From the NCBI RefSeq assembly GCF_016433145.1, contig NC_058131.1, positions 595,470,705 to 595,529,960 of the forward strand: a stretch of DNA of 59,256 nt, written 5' to 3'. The stretch is from Gracilinanus agilis. Its lineage: Eukaryota. Under the pieces are notes generated by a model. It saw only the letters and a program-made list of their open reading frames with translations, was not told where the DNA came from and did no database searches. Each line of letters begins with the position of its first letter. The stretch's first letter is position 1. Shown piece by piece: positions 1-10,320 of the stretch. The position numbers and the translations under genes are program-made.

Positions 1-286
1 ATTCAGAGGAAGGACTGCAGGAGAGGAAACATATAAGAAAAACAACTGCTTGAAAGCACGGGTTGGGGTGGACATGATTGAGGTTGTGGACTTGAAACTA
101 CCACACCAATGCAACTACCAACAATTTGGAAATAGGTCTTGATCAAGGACACATGACAAAACTAGTGGAAATGTGCATCGGCCATGGGTCGGAGGAGTGC
201 GGGGGGCGAAGGGGAAAGTAGGAGCATGAATCATGTAACCATGTTAAAAATGAATATTAATAAATTTTTTAAAAAATTGAAAAAAA
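1..286 (+). mobile_element. L1 (L1_Mdo-like) 3'UTR end with A-rich tail; 5' part lies outside the window
   Basis: Closely similar to the L1 3' ends at 14260-14536 and 42250-42506 (e.g. ggaaataggtcttgatc, catgaatca...accatg) and ends in an A-rich tail at about 286. Confidence 0.85.
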
Positions 287-744
287 TACGTGGGTTACAA
301 CCTGGTAAAGTTAGTTCAGGTGAGTTCAGGAGTTCAGGAGTTCCGGCTTTGGACTTGGGGCTGAAGATGCTCAACTGGGACCTCAGAATGCTTCTACTCT
401 GAATTGTCACGTGGGTAAGTTAGGCTGACTTCCTTGGCCTACCTTGGTGTTTCCAAACTCTGCCTTAAGTAGGCTTATAGCCTCTCTGATTTCTAAAGTC
501 TTGTGGCCTGTAATCTAGTTAAATTAGTCTTTTAAGGCTCTCTCTCTCCATCCAGGCCTCTCCAGGCCTGGACTGGCCTCTCACTCTCTCTATTACCTAC
601 CTTTTACCTTCCTAATTGTAAATAAACTACCTTAAACTGGAGGCTGTCTTGGGTCTATTTTAATTATGGAATCTCTGAATTGTTGATTCCTGGCAGCCAT
701 ATTTTTAATAAATATCTATAGTATCTAAAAATCTCCCTCTTACA
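287..744 (+). mobile_element. 3' portion of an ERV LTR, cut on the left by the L1
   Basis: Tandem agttcagg repeats, a pyrimidine-rich tract, AATAAA-type signals, and a ...ctccctcttaCA terminus at 744. No TG start is visible. Confidence 0.6.
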
Positions 745-1068
745 ATAGACAGTATAGATTGGAGAGGATTGCCATTTAGTAATCACGAAGTCATCCCTCA
801 CAGAAAAGTTGGGTTGGGAATTTATGTAGAATGATTAGTTAATATGGAATTTCTTATCAATACTTATTGCCTTTTACTTTCTCTTTTATACAATTTAATA
901 ATTATAATAAGGTTTTATATAACTGGGCTAAGCAGGAGTTTTCCTTCAACACTTGAGCAGCCATTTTCCTCAATGGTCAACCTCAAGAGCCTGTCCACCC
1001 AAGTGACGACTACTGGTAATAGCAATAGCAATACCAATAATCAATAAGAATCAATATCTTTTTCAACA
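745..1068 (+). repeat. 5' LTR (3' part) of the provirus
   Basis: Ends ...tttttcaaCA at 1068, immediately before the PBS. Its last 51 nt match 7388-7438 at 44/51. Confidence 0.7.
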
Positions 1069-1070
1069 TT

Positions 1071-1088
1071 TGGCGACCTAGTTAAAGA
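1071..1088 (+). promoter_or_regulatory. Primer-binding site, possibly tRNA-Arg type
   Basis: TGGCGACC begins 2 nt after the LTR CA end. TGG pairs with the tRNA CCA end, and TGGCGACC is how Arg-type PBSs begin (from memory). The rest is degenerate. Confidence 0.6.
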
Positions 1089-1322
1089 AAAGAAAGAACC
1101 TAATAGCAACAAGAAATTACTATTTATATTTATAAAAGTCAGATACAAACAGGGTTCTAAGCAGTCAGAATTTTAAGGTACACTTCCCTTTCAGCACCAG
1201 TGGAGTCACCAAAGGGCAGCATGTCTCCCTACAGCGAGCAGTACTTGTCACACAGGGTCACTTAGGGTCTGCAGTGACTAAAACAATTGAAAATAATATG
1301 GTTTGACTTGGAATACGTGAAC

Positions 1323-2905
1323 ATGGGAAATGTTACTCAGCTTGTGAACAAAACAATCCCAGATTACATTAGGGGAATACTTCTGCCTAAATCTATTTAC
1401 CAATTATTATGTTTTACTTTTTTGGACATTCTGCAGTGTCTTCTGTTAGGAAGTCTTGTGATTTTAGAGATGTTCCTCTTTAGGACGTTTATCTATTGCA
1501 TCCTACATACATTTACATCAATTAAACAGAAACAAATTAAGAATAATGAGCATGATCTGAAAATGCAATAGCTAGAAGAAATAATAAATAGACAAGGCAA
1601 ATAAATTGTTGAAATGAGAAAGAAATTAAACATGAGCACTGAAGTAGAACAGGCAGCTGTAGGCACTGAACTTGAGCAGGAAATAGTAGAGTTATAGCAC
1701 ACTGTGGGAGAGTTTTTCCCGCTGTGTGAGGTATCCATGCTTACAAATAACAAACTAATGGTCACTCTCAAACAGAGAAAATCGTGCTTTACACAATCAG
1801 ACCTTGATAGTTTTAAGAAAAGCATATCCTCATTTGAGGAAGATCCCATTACTGTAATAAGGAAATTCAAAAAAAATCATAAAACAGTATGATCCCACTT
1901 ACAACATGGACATTTTGTTGGATTAATTATTTACCAAATGTGAAAAGGGGGAAATTGTCTTGGAAACAAAGGAATGGCCAGAATTTTCTCCAGATTGGAA
2001 CATGGATATTCCCCAGGATTATGAGGACTTGGTAAGAGCAAGAGAGGCACCAATAATTGAATACAACATTCTAATAGACCTGGGGCTTGGACCAAATATG
2101 AGAGGATAAGAAGTGAGAGAAACACCCTCAAAATTCATGGACAAGTTAATTGACGTGAGGGAATGTTATTTATCCCTGGACATCTCAAAGGATAAAGACA
2201 TTAAGCAGTTGAGAAAACAATTTGTGAAAAACTTGTGCAAGGTTGTCAGGCAATATTTCCAGCAAAATTGTCCTGACATGGTGGAAATGACCCTACATGA
2301 CATCAGGAGAGTTGCTACATATATTTTTCAAGCTGACCAAGACAAACAAGAGAATGACACAATAGATTCAGTAGAAGACTTGAGAAAAGAAATTAGAGAG
2401 CTAAAAATGAAAATCACCCAAAATGACAAGCAGGACAAGACTGTAATAGTACCTATGAAGGAATTTAAGCAGCCAAGACAGTTTTTTAACCAGTACAAAC
2501 ATTATAGCAACCAAGGTCTACATTGTTATTTTTGTGGCAACTTTGGTCATTTCATGAGACAATGTAGATCCTGGGGAAGGCAAAATAGAGGTTTTTACAG
2601 GGGCAATAGAAATTACTATACTATACGGCAATAGATTTTAAGATAGAAGGTACAACAACCAATATCCAGGATTTAGAAGCAATGGACTCCCTGAAAGGTT
2701 TCAGTTTGGGTATCAAGAAAGGAGACCTACTTATCCAAATGAGTATGAAGGAAGGTATTATCAAGGGTTTGCCCAAGCTGAAGACATGCAAACAATGCAA
2801 AATTACATAAAGAATGGAGTCCAGCCCAAATACTCCTGGGTGATCAGTCCCAGCATCCCAAAACACAATGCACAAAAGGGAGCACTTAAGAAAAGTGCAT
2901 TATGA
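1323..2905 (+). pseudogene. ERV gag (stops and frameshifts)
   Basis: ATG at 1323 in strong Kozak context (MGNVTQ). Capsid-like segments FFPLCEV, SFEEDP, YDPTY, ETPSKFMDKL. Zinc knuckle CYFCGNFGHFMRQC at about 2524-2565. Tail frame ends at TGA 2903-2905. Confidence 0.85.
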
Positions 2906-2949
2906 ACTTTTTCCTGGGGAAGTGGACTGGGTAATGGTGAACACAATAA

Positions 2950-3297
2950 CAGTGATGGGCAACCTTTTGAGCTTCGTGTGTCGAAATTCGCCAAAAAAGA
3001 GCATAACTTGGGTGGTGTGTCACTTCAAGAAAAAAAACATAATTTTGTGATATTTGTAGTTAAAATAACAAAAAAGTATAATTGTAATATATAACTGTAT
3101 TTAATAAACTAAAATAGGTAAAGTAATATAGGTAGAATTGTCTATAGTGCACAGAGTGCTACACTACACTACAGCAAATGTTTCATCCTCAGCATTCGGC
3201 CCCATACTTCTCTGTATGTGGCTACATGCGGCCAATTGTCATCAAAAATGCTACACATGTCAGTGCTGACATGCATGTCTTAGGTTTGCCATCACTG
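2950..3297. mobile_element. Non-autonomous hAT DNA transposon (MITE, 348 bp), hAT1-like
   Basis: Terminal inverted repeats CAGTGATGGGCAACC (left) and reverse complement CAGTGATGGCAAACC (right). Flanks share caataa (degenerate TSD). Inserted between gag and pro. Confidence 0.85.
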
Positions 3298-4138
3298 CAA
3301 TAATATGAGAATATAGGAAATATAGAAGTAATAGATATTGAAGAAGAACAAATAAAGTTAAATTAATTAGAGAATGAAGGACAGAAAAATGAGTTTAGGT
3401 TTCCTTATCCAACAATTATGACTCCTGCTATCCTGGTCCACAACTCGCCTCAAAGCACAGGACCCTGTCATCCTGAAAGTGGGAAATGCATTATATGACT
3501 GTTTTTGGACACTGGAGCCTCTAAGTTAGTGTTGAAAAAAATCACCTGATAGGTTGTGTGATAGTGTAGGATCTATGTAGGTTGTGGGAATCTCAGGAAC
3601 ACCACAAGAAGTAAAGAAGCTATCACCTCATATGGTTTCCTTGTGACCACTGAGTATGGAGCATTCCTTCCTGCTCATGCTAAATTCACCTGTAAATCTT
3701 ATGGGCAGAGATTTATTATGCAAGTTAAGGGCTACAATCATATGTATGCCAGAAGGGGACATTTTGCTAAGACTGCCAGAAAAATCATTGGAGCTTTTTC
3801 CTATATTGTTTTTGGAAAGCCAAGATCCTGAGATAGAGAAGCCACAGGTTTATGAGATTCCCAAAGATATTCCTGAAAGGTTATGGGCCACATCTTCCAT
3901 AGACATGGGCTTCCTGAAGTCAGCAGTGCTAGTGCATATTACAACCAAGGAAAGTCCAGTTCCATGCATTCCATAATACCCATTATCAAAAAAAAAGCAA
4001 TAGAGGAAATTATACCTGTTTTTGAATCCCTAATTAAACAAAAGATCATAGTGCCCCGCATGTCTGAATATAACAACCTGATCTTGCCAATAAAGAAGCC
4101 CAAACTGGATGTATATGGCAGGCCAGTCTATAGATTTG

Positions 4139-4778
4139 TGTAGCAATCCAGGTATACATTAATTGTGATATTATTTTAAGAAGTATTCAAAAACTTAACT
4201 CTTATACTGCTAATGATTGATCTCTGCAATCCTGAGTCAAATTGAATGTTGACCTTGCCAAATCCCTAGCCCTTCCCTAAGGCTACACCCCAGAAGAGAG
4301 TCAGTTATCTCAGTCTCCTTACTTTTCCTTCAATGATCAATTAACATAGGTATCAAACATCAGTAGATGCCTTAGGCCCTATCCACCCTGGATCCTGATC
4401 TTAGCTCTACCTATTGTTTCAGATTTTGGCAGTTTGCATTTTATGATGATTACCTCATAATGTTAATGTATCAGGCCACCAGCCTCTCCCCTTCCCCCCA
4501 TACTGTTGTATGTAACTCCAATAAAAGTGACAAGACATCAGTTGGCAAGAGAGCTCTTGACCATCAGAGCTCCTAACCATGAAGCTCTTGACCATCAGAG
4601 CTTACTCGCTGTCTGTCTACCTTATGCCAAAACTTTCTGTGTCTGCGTGTCTTTATTCTCGCCTTATATTCTCTTTCCATTAATCCTTAACCCGTAACCC
4701 ATTTTCACTCAGTCCTTGGTTCCCCTTTCTGAGTGTCCAACCCACTAGGAATCTTCGTGGAGTCGGTGGACAGCTTCA
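4139..4778 (+). mobile_element. Solo LTR (640 bp) inserted in RT
   Basis: TG...CA termini, perfect 5-bp TSD ATTTG (4134-4138 and 4779-4783), AATAAA near 4520, internal tandem gagctcttgaccatcagagct. Confidence 0.88.
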
Positions 4779-6233
4779 ATTTGTCCAAGATTAACAAACA
4801 TGTAGTCAAAAGACACACAATTGTGCCAAGTCCAGTCACAATAATATCCTCAATTCCTAGCAATGCAAATTTTTTCACAGTGGTTTATCTCTGTTCTGCA
4901 TTTTTCTCCATCACTATTCATGAGGATTCCCAAAAGATCTTTGCCTTCACCTGGAAAGGTATTCAGTTCACATGGCAGCGAATGCCTCAAGAATTCTGCA
5001 AGAGTCTTTCCTTGTTCTCCCAAATTTTAACTGAGTACCTGGCTAACATCCATTTTAAAGACAGCAGACTGATCCACTTTGTTGATGATCTCCTGCTAGC
5101 TTCACCATCAGTTAAGGTGTGCCAGAGAGACAGCAAGCACCTTCTGATTTAATTATTTAAAAGGGGACATAAAATTTCTAAGACCAAAGTGCAATGGTGT
5201 TTACCAAGAGTAGAATATTTGGGATTTATTCTAATAGAAGGGGCCACAGATATCTCAGGGAAGAAAATAGTGTATATATAAAAGTTAACAGTGCCAAACA
5301 CCAAAAAGCAGTCAAGGCTTATTCTGGGGGCAACAAGATTTTGTAGACAGTAGATACCAGGTTTTGGAGAGCTGGTAAAGCCATTAACAGAGCTTACAAG
5401 AGACTGTGTTACAGAATCATTCAAATTAACAATGGAACACCTGGATGCCGTATTGGAATTGAAGCATGCCATTTTATCTGCACTGGGCATTCCAGACTAC
5501 AAAAAACCATTTTTCCTGTTTGTCCATGAAAGAAAGGAGTTGTATCTGGTGTGTTGACTCAGGTTTTTGGTCCAATGCAAAAACCTGTCATGCATTATTC
5601 TGCTAAATTGGATCCGATAGTAGCTGGCACCACCATGTTTAAGAGGGGTGGCAGCCACAGCTCTATTAGTGACAAAGGTGGCAGACTTAGTTCTGGGAAA
5701 TCCTCTTACTATCATGTGTCTGCACGAGATTGAAGCAAAACTGTTAAGGCATTAGACCCAAGCCTTTTCAGACCAGAGGCTTGCTAGGTATGAGCTAATG
5801 CTTTTAGGAAATGACAGCATTACCCTGAAGAGATGTGGGAATTTGAACCCTGCCATTTTGTTACTGGATCTGCCAACATCTGGAGAATAGCTGCATGAGT
5901 GTGCAAAAGTAGTCCAGTTCACAGAAAGACCAAGGGACAATCTCTCTGACATACCCCTGGAGATTCCAAATTTTATTCTTTTCACTGATGGATCCTCTCT
6001 TATGAGAGATGGCATATAGTACACAGGGGCAGCAGCGGTCACCGAGTTTGAGATGGTGTGGGCAACAGCTTTGCCATCAAACCTGAATGCACAGGCTGCA
6101 GAACTGATTGTGTTACAGCAAGCTTGTATCACAACCAAGGACAAGAGTGTAACAATCTATACGAATTCCAAATATGCATTTGGGATTTGTCACAAGGTTG
6201 AAAGCTTGTGGTTACAAAGAGGCTTCTTAACAT

Positions 6234-7184
6234 TGTAAGGATGATTATTATGAGAGGATCAAGATGTTAATTGATTTAGACAGGCTTGAGTGATGAAGCC
6301 TGCCTGGGCAACTCTCTTCACCCTTACTGAAGGGAGCAAGGGGTTTCTCTGTATAAGAGGATGTAATGACAGAGATGGGCAACGTCGATAACTGGTAAGG
6401 AATTTATCTTTGGGGTAGTGTTATCAGGTCCCTGGGCCTTGGCTTAAATGCCTTGACCCCAAGAAATCCCCTTTCAAATCCCAGGTTTTAACTGTGTACC
6501 AGGTTAAGGCTGAATGGCAAGGTTAAGGCTGAATGGCAAGTGGCCTCAGATTTCATGAAGCTAAAGCCTGCATAGACAACCCTTCCCTTCACCCTTCTTC
6601 TCCCCTCTGCTTCCTTATATTCCCAAGAATACTATGATCTGACTGCTCACAAAAAGTTATTTATTATTATTATGAATAGGATAGGAAAGGGTAGTGGTGA
6701 GATGTGTCCCTGACCTAACCTAAAGTATCAAGGTCCTTCTTCACTGATCAAGCCAGAGGCTTTGATCAGGAATTCTCCTTCCCTCCCCTATATCTTACAC
6801 TAAACTAACCTAATAGGTTATTAATTCAAAAAGGGGTCTCTGTTGTAAGACAGGACAGATAGAGGGTCTTCACAACTGTATCAGTGACCGGTTGGGTTCA
6901 CCGACCCTTTGGCCACTGATAAATCCCAGAACTCTTCCATGATGTTAATAGAGGGAACAGAAGCAGCAATGTGTCTTTTGGGGTATTCTGTTGTCCAAGG
7001 AAACCTTCGGATAGTCTCCACTCAATCCGGAAGTCCAAGAGTCCTTCCTATCTCCTCTGAGATCCATGACCGAAAACCTCCACCAAGGTTCTTTCCTTCC
7101 CACAATCCTCTGCTCCTATACTCAAACTCTGCTATTGACAATCACCTCTTTTCCAAAATGTTCTTTTGCAAAACTCTCCTAACA
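6234..7184 (-). mobile_element. Solo LTR (951 bp) inserted in RNase H
   Basis: TG...CA termini and 4-bp TSD ACAT (6230-6233 and 7185-7188). Internal 19-bp tandem duplication at 6501-6538. The minus orientation is inferred and less certain. Confidence 0.85.
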
Positions 7185-7387
7185 ACATCTTCAGGAAAGA
7201 CAGTTGCCAATGCACAAATAATAAGTGAACTCATAACTTCCAAAGGAGATATCTATTGCGCATTGCAGAGCACACACAAAAGACAAAGACTTTGTTGCAC
7301 AGGGAACAATAGAGCTGATGCAACAGCAAAATTTGCAGTGACAAGCAGACCTGAATTATGTTTAATCTCACATTAATAACTCATATT

Positions 7388-7438
7388 AATATCAATACCA
7401 ATAACAATAATCAATAAGGGTCAATACCCTTTTCAACA
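7388..7438 (+). repeat. Remnant 3' LTR terminus
   Basis: 44/51 identical to 1018-1068 and ends tttcaaCA. Confidence 0.75.
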
Positions 7439-7659
7439 GTCTTGACATTGTATTTGTTTCCTATATTGTTCCTATTCTTGCCCCTCAAATCAGAACACTC
7501 TTTCTGGACTACTTAGAAACAGTTATTCCCAAAGTCTAAGCTATTCACCCAACCTATTGCATTCATCCAATCAATTGTACAATTATTATTCCTAGGCCTC
7601 TTTCCCAGATATCAACCCATTATGCCATTAGTCCATTCAGTGGCATTGGATATTCATAG

Positions 7660-7895
7660 AGATCTGAACTGGAGTCAGGGATATCTGAATTCAAAGCCAA
7701 CTTCAAACACTGCTAAGCTGTGTGACTCTGGGCAAATTATTTAATCTCTATATGCCTAAATTTTCTCATCTGTAAACTGGAGATAATAGTGGTCTCTACT
7801 TCCTCACGGCCATTGTGAGGATAAAATGAGATATTTGTAAAGTGCTTCACAAATCTCAGACCAATATGGAAATGCCAGTTATTATTATTATTATA
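7660..7895 (+). mobile_element. MIR/CORE SINE
   Basis: CORE motifs gctgtgtgactctgggcaa, ctcatctgtaaa and gtgaggataaaatgaga, with a (tat)n tail. Confidence 0.75.
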
Positions 7896-8457
7896 TGAAG
7901 AAGGGCTGGCATGTGTCCTTTCCTTTGCAAGGGTATATTAATTCATATTAATCATAATAATAACTCTAACAAGGGGTAATTACCTTCTACTTTAAGAGTT
8001 CCAGTTTTTCAGGAACCAAGAAAGAGTAAGAAAGGAGGAGATAGAAGTCTTCTCAGCATAAGCAATATAAAACCAGTTACAGAATAACCAGCATCCATTT
8101 AATGCTCTTAATTTAAAACACTGCCTCTGGAAATATCTATCACAAATATCTCTTTCTTCAGATTCTTCCTACTAATACACTAACTCAGAACCATGGTCCA
8201 GCCATAAACTCTATCTTTTCCAAACAATAACTTTACTTGGGGTGGATAAGGGGATTTCTAAGCCCTTTTCGAGGTCTGACAGAATATAATTCTATTTCAC
8301 TTATCCGGAATCCATTCTGAAGCAATCTTCCTTATGTAGACAATAGATGAGAACTGGAAGGATTTTTTTTAATAAAAAGGACTCTAATAAAGGGAAGCCC
8401 TTTGAAATAAGCAGAACCAGGAGAATACTCTCTACAAAAATTTAAACACTGTGACAC

Positions 8458-8812
8458 AATCAAATGTAACAGACTTTTCTACGAGTAGCAATGCAATGAT
8501 CGAGGACAATCCTGAGAGATTTATGAGAAAGAATGCTGTCCACATCCAGAGAAAGAACTGTGCAAGTAGAAATGCAGAAGAAAAACATAGAACTGATCAT
8601 TTGATTTGATGGGTGTAAGATTGGGGTTTTGACTTTGAAGGATCACTCTATTGCAGATAAGAACAATATGGAAATAGGTTTTGAACAATAACACATGTTT
8701 AGACCAGTGGAATTTCTTGTCAGCTCTGGAAGTGGGGGGAAGGGAAGTGGGATGAGGAAGATCATCAATCAGGGAACCATGGAAAAACATTCTTAAAAAT
8801 AAATAATTTTTA
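8458..8812 (+). mobile_element. L1 3'UTR fragment
   Basis: Matches other L1 3'UTRs in the window (gcaatgcaatgat...ggacaat, atatggaaataggt). Confidence 0.8.
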
Positions 8813-8814
8813 AA

Positions 8815-9903
8815 TCCCTTCTGATTAGAGAAATACAAATCAAAATAACTCTGAGGTACCACTGTACACCTAGCACAGTGATTCCCACAGTGGGGGCCAC
8901 CATCCCCTGGTAGGTGCTGCAGTGATCCAGAGGGGCAGTGATGGCTACAGGTGCATTTATCTTTCCTATTAATTGCTATTAAAATTTTTAAAAATTAATT
9001 TCCAGGGGTGCTAAGTAATTTTTTTCTGGAAAGGGGGCGGTAGGCCAAAAAAGTTTGGGAACCACTGACCTAGCAGATTGGCCAATATGACAGTAAAGGG
9101 AAATAATAAATGTTGGAGGGGATGGGGCAAAATTGGGACACTAATGAATTACTAGTGGAGTTGTGAATTGATCTAACCATTCTGGAAAGCAATTTGGAAT
9201 TATGCCCAAAGGGCTTTAAAACAATGCATTCCCTCTGATCCAGCAATAAATAACACTACTAGGTTTATATCCCAAAGAGATTTTTTTTAATGGGAAAGGG
9301 CCTGTTTGTACAAAAATATGTACAAAAAATCTCCACTTTTTGAGGTGGCAAAAAATGGAAAATGAAGGGATGTCCCTCAACTGGCGAATGGCTGAATTGT
9401 GGTATATGGTAGTGGTGAAATACTATTTTACTATAAGGAATGGTGAATCCTTTGATTTCCATAAGAACTGGAAGAACTCTCATGAACTGAAGTGGGCTGA
9501 AATGAGCAGAACTAGGAGAACATTTTACATAGAACCTGAAGTATGAGATGATCAAATGTGATATACTTTGCTACTAACATCAAATAGGACAATGCCGTGG
9601 GACCTAAGAAAAAGAATTCTATCCACATCTAGATAAAGAACTTTGGGAGTAGAAATGCAGTATAAAATATGACTTATTACTTGTTTATATGGGTATATGA
9701 TTTGGGGTTTTGGTTTTAAAAGATTACTCTATTACAAAAATGAATAATATGGAAATAGGTATCAAGTGATAATATATGTATAACCCATTGGAATTCTTTG
9801 TGAGCTTTGGGAGCAGGGAGGGAAGAGAGGAGGGAGAGAACATGAATCATATAATCATGGGAAAATATTTTTAAAATAAAATTATATTAAAGAAAAAAAT
9901 AAA
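8815..9903 (+). mobile_element. 5'-truncated L1 (ORF2 end and 3'UTR), interrupted by a hAT MITE
   Basis: attagagaaatacaaatcaaaataactctgagg...cacctagca, aaatgttggaggggatg, ccattctggaaagcaatttgg; A-rich end. Confidence 0.85.
8876..9067. mobile_element. hAT-Charlie-type MITE (192 bp)
   Basis: TIRs CAGTGATTCCCA and reverse complement CAGTGGTTCCCA. Perfect 8-bp TSD ACCTAGCA (8868-8875 and 9068-9075) with a central TA. Confidence 0.92.
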
Positions 9904-10219
9904 GGGGGGGCTCATGATTTCAATTTTAGTCATTCGAATCCATATAATAGAACACATTCTCTGTCTGTAGGATAATAAACTTGGTTATTGGATTTATTAG
10001 ATGTCTCAGAAAGGTAATGTGACACAATAGATAGAGAGATAGACTCAGGATCAGGAGGAATTGGGTTCAAGTCCCATCTCTGCTATAGACTGACTGTGTT
10101 CTCCAAGTCTTTTAACCTCCTAGTGCACTAGATAACTCTCTACACCTATAAATTGTAAAGTAAATGCAGCTTCTTCACTAAGACATAGATCCCTATCCAG
10201 TGAAATCACAGGTTCTGTA

Positions 10220-10320
10220 TAGTAGTAGTTGTCATCATCAAGGTTATTATACTTGTTATCATTATTGTCATTGTAACAATGGTGGTGGTGGTGGTGGTAG
10301 TGGTGGTGATAGTGATTGAA
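10220..10320. repeat. Degenerate (GGT/AGT)n trinucleotide low-complexity tract
   Basis: gtagtagtagtt...ggtggtggtggtggtggtagtggtggtgatagtg. Confidence 0.8.

Larger units (their letters stand above)
3460..7376 (+). pseudogene. ERV pro-pol (protease, RT, RNase H), split by two solo LTRs and truncated before integrase
   Basis: LDTGAS at 3505-3522; NLMGRDLLCKL; YRFVQD restored on removing 4139-4778 plus one TSD; FVDD at 5078-5089; SAKLDP; FTDGSS; AQAAEL; RGFLTSSG restored on removing 6234-7184 plus one TSD; GNNRADATAK. Confidence 0.92.
745..7438 (+). mobile_element. Decayed class I (gamma/epsilon-like) endogenous retrovirus: LTR-PBS-gag-pro-RT-RNaseH-LTR remnant; no integrase or env
   Basis: Ordered retroviral motifs: PBS, p30-like capsid, CX2CX4HX4C knuckle, LDTGAS and GRD protease motifs, RT (YRFVQD, FAFTW, FVDD), RNase H (FTDGSS, AQAAEL, GNNRAD). 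Matching LTR ends at 1068 and 7438. Confidence 0.9.

Noticed and set aside
1190-1210. REST/RE1 site near a neuronal gene
   Set aside because: Only the left half (TTCAGCACCA) matches. The right half lacks GGACAG, and it sits in the ERV leader more than 30 kb from the gene.
5078-5089. FVDD instead of YxDD as a novel RT active site
   Set aside because: A single A-to-T change (TAT to TTT) in a dead copy explains it, and one copy cannot show a family trait.
6909-7376. 155-aa ORF as a novel gene
   Set aside because: It is a chance chimera: solo-LTR sequence read in frame into the RNase H remnant, which is itself frameshifted.
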